A DNA stretch of 64,000 nucleotides from Octopus vulgaris (GCA_951406725.2 OX597823.1:47182001-47246000), one strand, 5' to 3'; counted from the first letter of the stretch, positions 42,058 through 54,299 are shown. Numbers and translations are program-made. Notes: a model not told the origin generated them from the sequence alone.

Positions 42058-42775
42058 TTGTAACCGTCTTGAGATGCCACATCTTTTCGATTTCGATTAG
42101 CAGATCTTTATATTTTCTGGGCTTATCAAATTCTTTTGCCGAGATATTATGGTCATAGGGTATGCTCATGTCAATCAATAAACGGAAATTATTGTTTTCG
42201 TCTTTCACAATAATATCTGGTTTATTTGCCTTGATGGTCCGATATGTACATACTGGCACGTCGCAAAGAATAGTTATATTTTCTCCCTCAGTTGCAGCCT
42301 CAGGGTGGTGCTTGTACCATTTGTCAGCAGTTTTGATTTTATAATGCCGACACATTATCCAGTGTAGATATTGGATAACTCTGTCGTGTCTTGATTTATA
42401 CTACACAAGTGCTAAAACCTTACATCCAGAGATTAGGTGGTCGTCTGTTTCAATCTCATCGTTGCAGTATCGGCACTTTGGGTCTACACCATTTTTCATC
42501 ACATTGGCTTGATAGCACCGGGTCAATAAGCTCTGATCTTGGGCAGCCAAGATAAAGCCGTCACTCTCTGCCTTTAGTCCTGGGCTCCGTAGCCACTGAT
42601 AGATTGTGCTTCTGGTCTACATCAGCTTATTTGCTACTGGCCACATATTTGCAATGCAGAGAGGCTTTTGTTCCCACCTACCAGCCAAATGTTCGAGCGC
42701 ATTTTGCTTTGCTATTGATTTCACTTTCTTTGCAACTACAGTTGCTGCACTTCCCTCATGCTCTTCAACATGGCT
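42058..42775 (-). mobile_element. R4/Dong-type LINE fragment (CCHC + RLE endonuclease)
   Basis: GFILAAQDQSL…CRYCNDEIETDDHLISGC…RHDRV…NKPDIIV…LIDMSIPYD…KYKDL. The zinc knuckle and PD-D-K motif are visible. Confidence 0.9.
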
Positions 42776-43175
42776 ATTATCATCATCATCATTATAAGAA
42801 ATAACCATTATTCTTCCTAAAACAATTACCAACTATTACATTCATGTGTCTATATGCCTTATCACTCTAACATTTTCGTCTTGTCATGGAGTACGCAGGA
42901 CTGATTAACTCAATAATTACTGTTTGTGATTAACTAACTAACTAACTGACTAATGAATAAAAGAACTAACTAAATACATGTCCACAGAAAAGACACACAG
43001 ACACAAACATATTTCATTCGTTCGCTGCATTTTACATCTCATTTTGTAGTCATGTTTGAAAGTGCAGACATTTTTTCCTGTAAAATGATATGTGAGGAAT
43101 CCATTTGTAAAATCACCTGTGGATATCTGCAGAGAACGGAAATGAGAGGATAAGAACAAAACTTTTCTGGTGCGA

Positions 43176-43232
<57 letters not shown>

Positions 43233-44029
43233 TGTGTGTGTGTGTCTGCATGTACGTGTGTATGTGTGTGCCTGCACGTGTGTGCGGTGTATACGTACGT
43301 TTGTATGCGTATCATATACTTACCGCTGCGGGGGTTTTGAATTTATAACGGACAATATTCCTGGCATTCAACCGTTATAGCAAATTTAAGTTACCTCCCC
43401 TCTTTACGCTTAACCAGCTCTCTTTTATAAAAAAAAGTATAATGAATTCTAAAATTTAATTTCAAACTTCATCCACTTTGTGTTCCTCTATATTATACTG
43501 AATAACCGGCATTATTTCTAACTCCACCTACTTTTAACACATTCGTAGTTTTCCTCTATTCTTTTCTTCAAACGTATTTTTGCTTGACACATATATATAT
43601 AATGGTCTTAACCCTTTTACAATAATTTCGGTGAATTTTATTCCAGCTAGCAATTAATTACATTCAGGGTAGGAAATTAATAGATTTAATTAACTAAAAC
43701 TAAAATACATTGCTTTTAAACTTGCTGAGTCTAAGATTTTGGATCCGTCTGTCTTTATGGACGCATATTTAAATATTGGTACAAGGCAAGCAACTTCGGA
43801 GAAGGTGGATAAGTCAGTTGCATCCGACCCCAGTGTTCAGCGGGTATATACTTTATCGACTCTGAAAGGATGCAAAGCAAAGTCGACCTCGGCGGAATTT
43901 GAACTCGGAACATTGAACACTGATGAAATATCGCTAAGTAATTTTCGCGGCGTACTGATTTTCAGCACTGAAAGTATACACCGTATCAACGAGGGAACTG
44001 ACTTGGAATTCATCTTTACCATAAAGTTT

Positions 44030-44385
44030 GAGGGAGGTCATCCATGAATAACAAGTGGTTCACCTTTTGCTGGTGGCTATTGAATACATACCCAGCCTTT
44101 GCTTTCCTCAGAATCAGTGTCAGTGGTATCAAGCACAGTACAAAGATCAGTGGGGACAGGCAGTCCCCTTGGAAGATGCCTCTCTTGATTTCTATTGTCC
44201 CTAAACTTCTTCCATGTGCTGTCAGTTCCGTCCTCCCTTTCGCCATACTTTTTCCAAGCAATCGCTCAACATTCAATGCAATATCAAATAGGTTCCATAA
44301 TCCAAGAATGTGGGATCATGTACGCCTTACGATAATCGATTCATGACATGGCTAAGTTGGTTTTCCTCCTCTTGCAGTCTCTAAG
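44030..44385 (-). mobile_element. R4/Dong-type LINE reverse-transcriptase fragment
   Basis: IKRGIFQGDCLSPLIFVL…VNHLLFMDDL (RT QG/SP and YxDD-type motifs). Confidence 0.9.
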
Positions 44386-45463
44386 CTCAGAGCCTTGATG
44401 CACATTTAAATATTGGTTTCAAATTTTGGCACAAAGCCAGCAATTTCGGGGGAAGGATTACGTCCATTACATCGAACCCAGTGTTCAATTGCTGCTTATT
44501 TCATCAGCTCCAAATGGGCGAAAGGTAAAGGTGACCTCGGCAGAATTTGAATTCAGAGCGAAGAGTCGGACGAAATGCTGCTAAGCATTTTTGCCTGGTG
44601 TCCTAACGTTTCTGCTAGCTCGCTGTCTTAATGTATGTTTAAATATTGAACCCTTTTAAGCTAAACATTTTAATACGAATTTAAAAACCTTTAACCATCC
44701 AAAATATCGATACTCCTTCTAGCAAAGTCTATTTAATTAATTGAAAACTCACAGCTTTAGCAAACAACTAACCTGATGTTCATTTGTCTATGAAAACAAG
44801 AAGAATATCTGGACAACTTCAGATTTGCATTTCAATCTCTCGCGTGGTCATCTATAAACAAGCTTCTCAGAATTCGGAAGAGGAACTTTCCGCGTTTATT
44901 TAAAATATTGGTTACAGATGTTGGAACAAGGCCAGCAATTATGGAAGAGTGGGTATGTCAATTACACCGACTCCAATGCTTAACTGGTACATATTTTATC
45001 GACCCAGAAAGAACGAAAGGTAAAGAGGACTTCGGCAGATTTTGAGCTCAGAACATAAAAAAATGGACGAAACACCAATAAGTATTTTAACCGGTATGCT
45101 AACTGGTTCATTTGAAATATTAAATTTATAAAGATAAGCATTCACTTCATCTTTAAACTAAATGCAAAATAAAGAATACCAAACCTCGAAAAATGATTTG
45201 TGCCCCCGATAAAGCCACAGACAAAAAAGGCAATGCTACATGCCATTTATACATTTCCATCTCTTCCGCAAAAACCTATGAGCAACCAATGGAACATTCT
45301 GGGTGAGATCACCTTCAGAGGCGAAAAGGTGGCAGATATCACCTTATTACTCATAAACAACCTTATTTCCCATTTAAGAACTGTAGTAGATTAACTAGCA
45401 GACCAATTAACTTAGCTAAATTAGACAAGTATAATAAGTAATCACAGATAAAATTATTCCAAA

Positions 45464-45994
45464 GCAAGGCGGCGAGCTGGCAGAATTGTTAGCACGCCGG
45501 GCGAAATGCTTAGCGATATTTCGTCTGCTGCTACGTTCTGAGTTCAAATTCCGCCGAGGTCGACTTTGCCTTTCGTCCTTTCGGGGTCGATAAATTAAGT
45601 ACCAGTTACGCACTGGGGTCGATGTAATTGACTTAATCCCTTTGTCTGTCCTTGTTTGTCCCCTTGTGGGTAGTAAAGAAATAGGTATTTTGTCTGCCGT
45701 TACGTTCTGAGTTCAAATTCCGCCGAGGCTGACTTTGCCTTTCATCCTTTAGGGGTCGATAAATTAAGTACCAGTTACGCACTGGGGGTCGATGTATTCG
45801 ACTTAATCCCACCGGGAAAAATGCTTAGCGATGTTTCATCTGCTGCTACATTCTGAGTTCAAATTCCGCCGAGGTCCACTTTGCCTTTCATCCTTTCGGG
45901 GTTGATAAATTAAATACCAGGTGCGTACTGGGTTCGATTTAATATACTGCCCCCCGCCCCCAAACTTTCGGGCGTTGTGCCTAGAGTAGAAAAG
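45464..45994 (+). mobile_element. SINE family B, trimeric insertion
   Basis: Three body units. 14-bp TSD aaaattattccaaa at 45450-45463 and 45995-46008. Confidence 0.88.
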
Positions 45995-46101
45995 AAAATT
46001 ATTCCAAAACAGTTAGGAGGTATCACCCTTTTATTTATGAAATAATACCCTAGCTATAATTAATTGGTTCAAATTTATTCCTGATAATTCATACTCTAGA
46101 T

Positions 46102-48951
46102 CAGGGGTCTCCAAAGTTTTCCAGCGGAGGGCCACATTGCTGAATTTTTAAAGCTACGGGGGCCAAGGTTCTAAATTATTTATTTTACCAAAATAATATA
46201 AATAAATAGTGAATTAATAATTAAAAAAGGTTATTTATTCAGTACATAATCACAATGTATATAATATCAGTAACAATTAACATGTTTTTTTTAACTTTGA
46301 TCAATAGGGGAAACATGAAATTGTTTCATTTCTGACAAAATTTTGTCCAACTGAGGTTCAAAATGAGTGGTTCCAATAACAAGCAATGCATTTAAATGTT
46401 CATCAGACAATTGTGATCTGTAGCAGGATTTTGTGTATTTCATCTTTGAAAAGTCTTCTCACACAAATATGTGGTGCCAAAAACTGAAATGAATTCACAG
46501 GCAAACCTCCTTAAATGAAGAAATTGGTCGGATGGAAGGCATTTGTAGAATTCAATCAAATTTCCCTCTTTATATTTGTCCTTCAGGATGTCATTGGATT
46601 GCAAATCAATAACTTCCATTTGTAACTCAGAAGGTAAGTCTCCAATAACAGAGTTAAATGGATTTTCAAAAATTCTTAGTTTTGAAGAACATGCATCAAG
46701 ATCAGAAAAACGTTCTTCAAACTGTTGTTTCAAAGCTAAAATGACATCTTGAGCAAACAAGTTTGGAAATGGAGTGGCAGCTTCCTGTCTATATTTGTCA
46801 CATCGTGAAAAATGAGTAAAGCAGCTTCTTGTTAACTGACTTTCAAATAGTATTAATTTCTTACGAAAAGCTTTCACCTTTGAGTACAAATCACAGATGA
46901 GTGAAGTTTCACCTTGTATCCGTAGGTTGAAATCATTGAGATGCATAGTTAAATCGGCTGAAAATGCTAATTTCCAGAGCCATTCACTGTCTTTGAGCAA
47001 CACCTGTGAATGGTTTTTCTCATTTAAAAATATTTCAATTTCAGTTCGAAGCTCAAAAAATCTAGCCAGAATTTTTCCATAGCTAAGCCATCTTACTGAA
47101 GTATAGTAAGGTAGGTCTGGAAACTCAGCATTCATTTCCTCCAAGAAATCACGAAATTGGCGATGTTTGAGTCCATGAGATCTTATGTAGTTAACAGTGG
47201 AAATCACAGGATCTAATACAGATGATAAATCAAGATGCTTTCCACACTGTGCTTGCTGATGAAGAATACAATGCAATACCAAAGGTTTCAATCCACCGGA
47301 ATTCTCAATAACTTTGTTAATTTGCCCAACTAAGCCCTTTTTGGTTCCACACATATTTCTGCCACCATCTGTTGTTATGCATTTTAGTTTTTTCCATTCC
47401 AAATTATACTCAGCCACTGACTTTTCCACTTCTCTAAAAATATCTATGCCTGTTGTTGTTCCATGCATGCTGTGCACAGATACAAGTTCCTCAGTAATCT
47501 CAAAATTGGCATTTATTCCTCTGATGAACAATAACAATTGGGATGTGTCTGATACATCAATTAACTCATCAAGTGCAACAGAAAAGCATACAAACTTGCT
47601 GGCTTTGTCTTTTAGCTGTGATTTAATATTTCTTTCAATATGTTCAACCCTACGAGCAACAGTGTTCGCAGAAAGACTAATTGCGGAAAATAAATCTACA
47701 TTTTCTGGACACATTTCCTTAGCTACCTCATTCAAGCACTTTTTAATAAGTTCACCATCTGTAAATGGCTTACCTTTCTTCGCCAAAAGGTTAGCAACAT
47801 GGAAGCTTGCTCTTGTTGCTCTCTCTTTTTCTACAGCCTTCTTGAAAACAAACTGCATTGATGATAAATTCTTCTTTAATTTGTCAAATTTCTCTTTACG
47901 TAGCTGTCCAATGAATTGGTAGTACTGTGATGAATGCTTTTTTTCATAATGTCTCCGAATGTTGTACTCTTTAAGTACTGCAATTGTGTCGGTGCATATA
48001 ACGCATAGTGTCTTGTTGTTTGACTCTATGACAAAATAGTCTATGTTCCATTGTTCCTTAAAAACTCTACACTCAGAGTCGATTTTTCGTTTTCTTCCTT
48101 GAGCTAACATTTTTACCATGGGTCGACAGATTTTGCTCGACGATATATGTAAAAGGACGAAACAAGTAAAAACAATATTCACAGGTCACTCGATACGTGC
48201 ATTCACTTCGGCAGCAACGACGACAAATGACACACTTGTGCACAACGAAAACGCCAAGTCTGTGCTGACTGACGGAATGCGCATCGAACTTTACTCCACG
48301 CTGATTGGCGACTGCACCAGGATTAGAAACCACCACACAACGTCAGGCTCAACCCTCTCTATTCATCGCTCGTGAGATGTAGGTAACATCAATAAATCGA
48401 TATTTGTCTTCTTTTATTATACTAGGCACGGGACTTTTATTAACGTCATACTTGTCGTATCTGCTCTCTCGACAGTTGACGGAATAGGTTGACTTTTCTG
48501 CGACATCAATAAAGCTAGAAATTGAATCTCTGCTTCATTGTAAGCAGCACCATCCATCTCACTGACAATCGCCTATTATCTAAGATGAATGATAGGTAGC
48601 TCCATAGCGAAGTTAATTCATTTTATGGTGGTTCTGATGGGTCAGTTAAAACGGGGGAGTGGAAAAGAACCTATATTTACACTAAAGTTTAGTGTATAAA
48701 TTTTTAATTCGCCGGTGCAATTTAAAGACATTAATTGATGGCAAATCAATTAGCGTCGTCTTGCGTCTATTTGCTGTACTATATTTGTCAAACGTATTAA
48801 AAGGGGTGTAAAGTATATTTGTTTTTGTATGATTTCGGCAAGGCTTGTTTTTCGACATTTGTTTTATAATTTTGGAGGACAGCTCGGCGGGCCGGATTAA
48901 AAACCTTGGCGGGCCGAATCCGGCCCGCGGGCCGTACTTTGGAGACCCCTG
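46102..48951 (-). mobile_element. Full-length hAT DNA transposon (Buster/Charlie/SPIN-like)
   Basis: Perfect 16-bp TIRs caggggtctccaaagt / actttggagacccctg. Perfect 8-bp TSD ctctagat at 46094-46101 and 48952-48959, with a central TA. Transposase ORF inside. Confidence 0.97.
46440..48119 (-). CDS. hAT transposase (BED finger + DDE), C-terminus cut by a 1-nt frameshift
   Basis: BED finger CVIC…HYEKKH, plus SVALDE, TTDGG, HCILHQ, VRWLS and TTYLCE motifs. The first in-frame ATG is at 48119 (the track start at 48182 is GTG). The missing tail continues in another frame to a stop at 46291-46293. Confidence 0.92.
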   Translation of the reverse strand: MVKMLAQGRKRKIDSECRVFKEQWNIDYFVIESNNKTLCVICTDTIAVLKEYNIRRHYEKKHSSQYYQFIGQLRKEKFDKLKKNLSSMQFVFKKAVEKERATRASFHVANLLAKKGKPFTDGELIKKCLNEVAKEMCPENVDLFSAISLSANTVARRVEHIERNIKSQLKDKASKFVCFSVALDELIDVSDTSQLLLFIRGINANFEITEELVSVHSMHGTTTGIDIFREVEKSVAEYNLEWKKLKCITTDGGRNMCGTKKGLVGQINKVIENSGGLKPLVLHCILHQQAQCGKHLDLSSVLDPVISTVNYIRSHGLKHRQFRDFLEEMNAEFPDLPYYTSVRWLSYGKILARFFELRTEIEIFLNEKNHSQVLLKDSEWLWKLAFSADLTMHLNDFNLRIQGETSLICDLYSKVKAFRKKLILFESQLTRSCFTHFSRCDKYRQEAATPFPNLFAQDVILALKQQFEERFSDLDACSSKLRIFENPFNSVIGDLPSELQMEVIDLQSNDILKDKYKEGNLIEFYKCLPSDQFLHLRRFACEFISVFGTTYLCEKTFQR

Positions 48952-49425
48952 CTCTAGATTATTACGCTTCTCTAACTAAACTGTTCGTCATCAACTCACT
49001 CGATTTTCCTAACTCAGATTCCATCATTAGTGACACAGAAATACATATAATACTAAAAGCATTAAAAGATGTAGTGAATTCTGATAATTGCACACGGATT
49101 ATGAAACAGTCCCATACTGCCTTCGAGGCTTATGATTCAGTTTAAACCTGTGACATCACAGGTTTATTTTTATTACCGAAATTTAAAACTAAATTCCTCT
49201 CCATTGCAGGTAGCCTTTATAGAAACGTTGGTTTCTTTTCCTTTAATAACTGTAATTCTCAACTTGCAGCTAGAATTAAAAACAAATTACATGTAATCTT
49301 TTAAATTTGTATACTACTATTCATTAAGGATGCAAATTATACCATTGCCAAATTTCATAAAGGTGACTCTAAATCCATCTAGGACTATGTACTATGAAAA
49401 TCGTAAACTTTCCACTATATCCATC

Positions 49426-49811
49426 TTTTTTAGAGAGGAAGCACTCCGTCGGTTACGACGACGAGGGTTCCGATTGATCCGATCAACGGAACAGCCTGCT
49501 CGTGAAATTAACGTGTAAGTGGCTGAGCACTCCACAGACACGAGTACCCTTAACGAAGTTCTCGGGGATATTCAGCGTGACACAGAGAGTGACAAGAAAC
49601 AGTGACAAACCCTTTGAAATACAGGTACAACAGAAACAGGAAGTAAGAGTGAGAGAAAGTTGTGGTGAAAGAGTACAGCAGGGATCACCACCATCCCTGC
49701 CGGAGTCTCGTGGTGCTTTAGGTGTTTTCGCTCAATAAACACTCACAACGCCCGGTCTGGGAATCGAAACCGCGAGTCCGCTGCCCTAACCACTGGGCCA
49801 TTGCGCCTCCA
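49426..49811 (-). mobile_element. SINE family D head with a family C-type tail
   Basis: 13-bp TSD cactatatccatc at 49413-49425 and 49812-49824. Head as at 39984, tail as at 41270-41435. Confidence 0.88.
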
Positions 49812-50244
49812 CACTATATCCATCAACAATCCAATCAACCACAAAAAAGTATAAATAATCTAACTTTAATATAATTGGATTTAGATTGTCTAGTCTTTCT
49901 GCATATACATTTTTACAGATTTTTTCCTAATATAACAATAATGCTCATTCCAGAAGTGTTTTCAATGAGAAACGTTCATAAACTGGAGAAATGTAACTAT
50001 AACCTAAATCTAGAATAGAAAAAAAAAAGGAAAAAAAAACCCAAAATATTAGTACAAACACGTGATCAACTTCGCCGTATCGAAGTCGAACGGGGAAAAC
50101 ATTTAAATTTAAATAAATACAGAGAAGAGCATTACCAACGATAAAGCATAAAAATCTTTATGTGCCTTTTTGTTGGTAATGCTTTTGTGTGTGTGCGCAT
50201 GTGCGTGTGTGTGTGTATAAACATATATATATATATTTATATAT

Positions 50245-50334
<90 letters not shown>

Positions 50335-50363
50335 TGAGAGAGAGAGAGTGAGAGAGAGAGAAC

Positions 50364-50563
50364 TTAGTTATGTCCGGTTCATAAGGTTACCAAGGGTTTT
50401 GCGTCCATAAGGCTTTTAACATATCTCGTCAGACCGTAATGGCCCATCATCTATAACCAATCTAGGCCACCAGTCATTAGGGTCTGACGAGACATATGTA
50501 AAGCTGAGCGCTTTATAGACGCGAAAACCTGGCTGGTTAACCCTATGAACCAACCATAACTAA
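50364..50563. repeat. Imperfect fold-back palindrome whose arms are hammerhead-bearing
   Basis: ttagttatg…ggttcata…tctcgtcagacc versus ggtctgacgaga…tatgaacc…cataactaa. Confidence 0.85.
50478..50545 (+). ncRNA. Type I hammerhead ribozyme motif
   Basis: Stem I tagggt/acccta (6 bp). Core CTGACGA at 50484-50490. Stem II is closed by G-C with inner tgtaaagc/gctttata. GAAA at 50523-50526. Stem III AACC/GGTT with a 5-nt loop. UUA triplet ends at 50539. Confidence 0.8.
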
Positions 50564-50778
50564 CATTGTCTAAATACTCTACTACTCTATAACATAGAGT
50601 GTGATTCTTTCGGATTTATGATTTACTGACGATACACACATACACACACACACACACAAACACACACACAATAGTTAAATCTTTTTAAAAAATGGAGAAA
50701 AAGCACAAGAAAAACAACAACGTGAGGACGTGGTACATGCAAAGTATTAATAAGATGCTCAGGGAACGAAAGAATGGG

Positions 50779-50815
50779 TGTTTTACATTTCGAGCAAAGC
50801 TCTTCTGCAGAAACA
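50779..50815 (-). ncRNA. Degenerate minimal hammerhead motif
   Basis: Minus strand: tgttt CTGCAGA a gagc ttt gctc GAAA tg TA aaaca. Stem I is 5 bp and stem II is 4 bp. Core A6 is substituted. Confidence 0.6.
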
Positions 50816-50923
50816 GGAGACAGAGGAAAGTTCAAAAGAAAAAGTGGCCAACAATCTACATATATATAAATATATAAATGTAAAACTAAATGTTTCCCAA
50901 ATAAAATTGCACTTCACATTTCA

Positions 50924-51009
50924 AGCTCTGGTGAAAGGCATTGGGTGATAAACAAGGATTCATCTATGAATGCGTGCATTGAATCTTATAGCGGAAACAG
51001 CTGTAAGCT
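50924..51009 (+). ncRNA. Degenerate Type I hammerhead motif
   Basis: Stem I agct/agct. Core CTGGTGA (A6>G). Inner stem II aggattca/tgaatctt. GAAA-CAGCTG-TA gives a palindromic stem III and a GUA site. Confidence 0.55.
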
Positions 51010-51260
51010 ATTGAAGTTTATGATATAATTTTTTTTTATTCCTTTGTCATTCAAATTTCTTATTACTGCTCCGTACACGACTGACGCTTCGTTCTGAAGT
51101 ATATTGAGTATATTGAGTACTATGATCAACTTAAATACCTACAAACATCAACTTTTGCCGTAAATGACTATACTTGAATATAATTTCTTTATATATTCTC
51201 TTCTTCTCTAATATGTAATAGATTGCATGTTTTATGTCTTTATAGCTATTTAGAAATAAA

Positions 51261-51310
<50 letters not shown>

Positions 51311-51676
51311 CGGGCCTTGTGTAAAATTCGACAATGGGTGTTTGGCTGTACTCGACAAACACGTTTTGCAGGTATGATTTTATGTATCTTTTACCTTTAG
51401 TTTATTTCAGTCTTTAGAATGCGGCCATGCCGGGGCATAGCCTTCACGAACTTTTTAGTCGAATGAATCGACTCCAGTACTTATTATCATTTTTTTTTTT
51501 CCTGAGACTAGTACTTATTCTACCGGTCTCTTTTTGACGCTAAGTTACAAGGACAGTTGTCAAGCGGTGGTGGGGGACAAACAGACAAAACAAAAGACAC
51601 ACTTGTATATGTATATATATATATATATCGTTGGCGATTTTCTTCCTCCGTCTTCCCTTCTATTGGACTTTCTTCT

Positions 51677-51712
51677 GTTTCTGAAGGAGAACTTCTGCCC
51701 GAAACGTTAAAC
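51677..51712 (+). ncRNA. Degenerate minimal hammerhead motif
   Basis: gttt CTGAAGG aga acttctgccc GAAA cg TT aaac. Same module family as 26067 and 50779. Confidence 0.45.
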
Positions 51713-51876
51713 CATCATTCTTTCCTTTCCTGAGCGTCTGCTAATACTTTACATGTACCACGTGTTCGCATTGTTGTTGTTTTTTTGTGTTTGTTCTTCT
51801 TTTTGGGGTTTACTATATATATATATTTATATATATATACACACACACACCTATGTTGATATTTGTTTATAAGTAT

Positions 51877-52285
51877 ACTCTCTTTCTCTTTTCTCTTTTA
51901 CTTGTTTCAGTCATTTGACTGCGGCCATGCTGGAGCACCGCCTTTAGTCGAGCAAATCGACCCCTGGACTTATTCTTTGTAAGCCCAGTACTTATTCTAT
52001 CGGTCTCTTTTGCCGAACCGCTAAGTGACGGGGACATAAACACACCAGCATCGGTTGTCAAGCCTTGCTAGGGGGACAAACACAGACACACAAATACATA
52101 CACACACATATATATATACATATATACGACAGGCTTCTTTCAGTTTCCGTCTACCAAATTCACTCACAAGGCTTTAGTCGGCCTGAGGCTATAGCAGAAG
52201 ACACTTGCCCAAGATGCCACGCAGTGGGACTGAACCCGGAACCATGTGGTTGATTAGCAAGCTACTTTCCACACAGCCACTCCTG
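51877..52285 (-). mobile_element. SINE family A, full length
   Basis: Near-identical to 18355-18752. Confidence 0.9.
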
Positions 52286-52773
52286 TATATATTTTCAATA
52301 TGATTGTATGTACAATAGCATGCAAATAAACCTTTACGTACTTTTGTAGTCTAACGTGAAAGTTTAATACGTAATTTTGTATGGTATATTAGCATATATT
52401 TTTCAACTGTAACAATTGCATATTTATTAGGTCAACGATGTCTGCCTGAAAATATTTCTTGCGGTATATTTACATGCGTCTGTCTTTACGTTCTAAGTTC
52501 AAATTCCGCCGAGGTCGACTTTGCCTATCATACTTTCGAGGTCGATAAATTAAGTACCAGTTGCTTACTGGGGTCGATTTCATCGACTGGCTCTCTACCC
52601 AAAAATTTCGGGCGATGCGCCTAGAGTAGAAAAAAGACTATATTTATATGCGTTCAATTAAATAAAAAGCATATTTCCATACAATTGAATTTGGATTTAT
52701 GCATGGAATAAAAATATGAGCGTACCCGTACGGTTGTGCATATTCTTTTATTCTTTTACCTGTTTCAGTTATT

Positions 52774-54254
52774 TAACGGATGCACATCAATACCTGAATT
52801 CACCACATACTAAACGCAACATCCCACGCTGCCTAGCCAGAAGAATGTGTACCATTGTAGAAGATGCGGATATCAAGAACAAGCGCCTAACAGAACTAAA
52901 AGAATTTTTGCTCAAACAAAAATACCCATCTCTACTTATAGAAGATGGTTATACATCGGGCTATAAAAACACCCATACAACAACTTAGGACAACCCAAAG
53001 AAGAGGAAAAAAAGAACAAGTCACACTATTTATAGTGACACACAACCCATGTCACCAGAATATCTTCAACAGTGCCAAAACAAACCTACCAATCATTGCT
53101 CAAGATAATGAATTAATATATACAATCACGGATCGAGCTTTGGTTCTTAGTAAAAGACAGCCTAAAAACTTGAAAAAATTATTAACAAAGGCAAAGTTTG
53201 ACCTTAGCAACAAAGACCAACCATTCACGGTATCTAAATGCAATGATAGCCGATGTGGCTCATGCCAATTCCTACATACCGGCCAATATGTGAACACAAA
53301 AATCGGAGAAATATTCACACACGCAAATATGAACTGCAAAAGCAGAAATTTAATTTACTGTACCAAATGCTTGAGTTGTGAAGAATTATACGTGGGTCAG
53401 ACTGGAAATGCACTATCAGAACGTTCACGTGTGTACCGACAGCAAATTAGAGACCTAGGTTTCTGTCAGATACCTTTGAGTAACCATCTAGCAACATGTG
53501 GTCGGAAAATATTTATACTATTTCCAGTCCACAAACTAACAGTCCAAGTTAAATTGAGAGAAAAATCAGAGAAAAGGACTTTATTTATAAATTCCAACCC
53601 AAGCTAAATAAGCAATAATAATAATAATACTTAGAGGTACTATTTCTAAGGCTACTACCACTACCACTAACATGAACAACAATACTAAAGGTTCTCATGA
53701 TGATAATAGCAGGAAAATACTAGCTAGGTCGAAAGAAAAGTCAGTAAAAATGATCTTATTTAGGGTTTAAAGTTCTACCACCACCACCAGCACCACCAAT
53801 AATAAAGGTGATGTTAATAGTGATGATGATAACTGAAATGTAAAAATCCCTGGGAAATGTTGTTTATAACATTTCTAAATATAGCCAAACAACTACTGCT
53901 TTGGCCAGGGTCAAAATACAGGTTTCTTGTATTGTTCAACAAACCGTGACACCTAAACCAAACACCAATCAACTTAGGTAATTTAGTGGAGCCACTTACT
54001 GATTGGTGAGAATACAGTTTGCAGGACTTAACATTCTGGAACCTATACAAATGTATTTAAAGCACACATTTTAGCCATCTTACTGTCACCACTACTATAT
54101 AAAGCTGAAGATTGCATAGTTTAATGCATGAAAGTACTAGTTCAGTCGCAATGAGCATTTAATATTCTATCATTTCACTATATTATATTAAAGTATATTA
54201 TATTATTTTAAGATTGTAAATAAGACGTGAAAATCAAAGTTGAAATTCCTTTGA

Positions 54255-54256
<2 letters not shown>
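52774..54256 (+). mobile_element. 5'-truncated Penelope-like element (RT thumb + Cys linker + GIY-YIG endonuclease; Neptune-like) with 3' pLTR
   Basis: TDAHQYL…HTKRNIPRCLARR…QKYP (PLE thumb), CNDSRCGSC linker and NLIYCTKCLSCEELYVGQTG (GIY-YIG with CxxC). Frameshifted. Ends at (TA)n. Confidence 0.88.
54105..54142 (+). ncRNA. Degenerate hammerhead motif in the Penelope 3' pLTR
   Basis: CTGAAGA t tgcat agttta atgca t GAAA gtacta. It shares the CTGAAGATTGC…GCATGAAA…GTACT frame with 2257-2335. Stems I and III are decayed. Confidence 0.55.

Positions 54257-54299
<43 letters not shown>

Noticed and set aside
46440-48182. Domesticated host gene (GTF2IRD2/ZBED-like)
   Set aside because: Perfect TIRs and TSD show it is a transposon copy, so no gene symbol was assigned.
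48960-50000. Possible decayed Penelope RT (LLPK…, PNFIKVT)
   Set aside because: The similarity is too weak to support by eye and needs a profile search.
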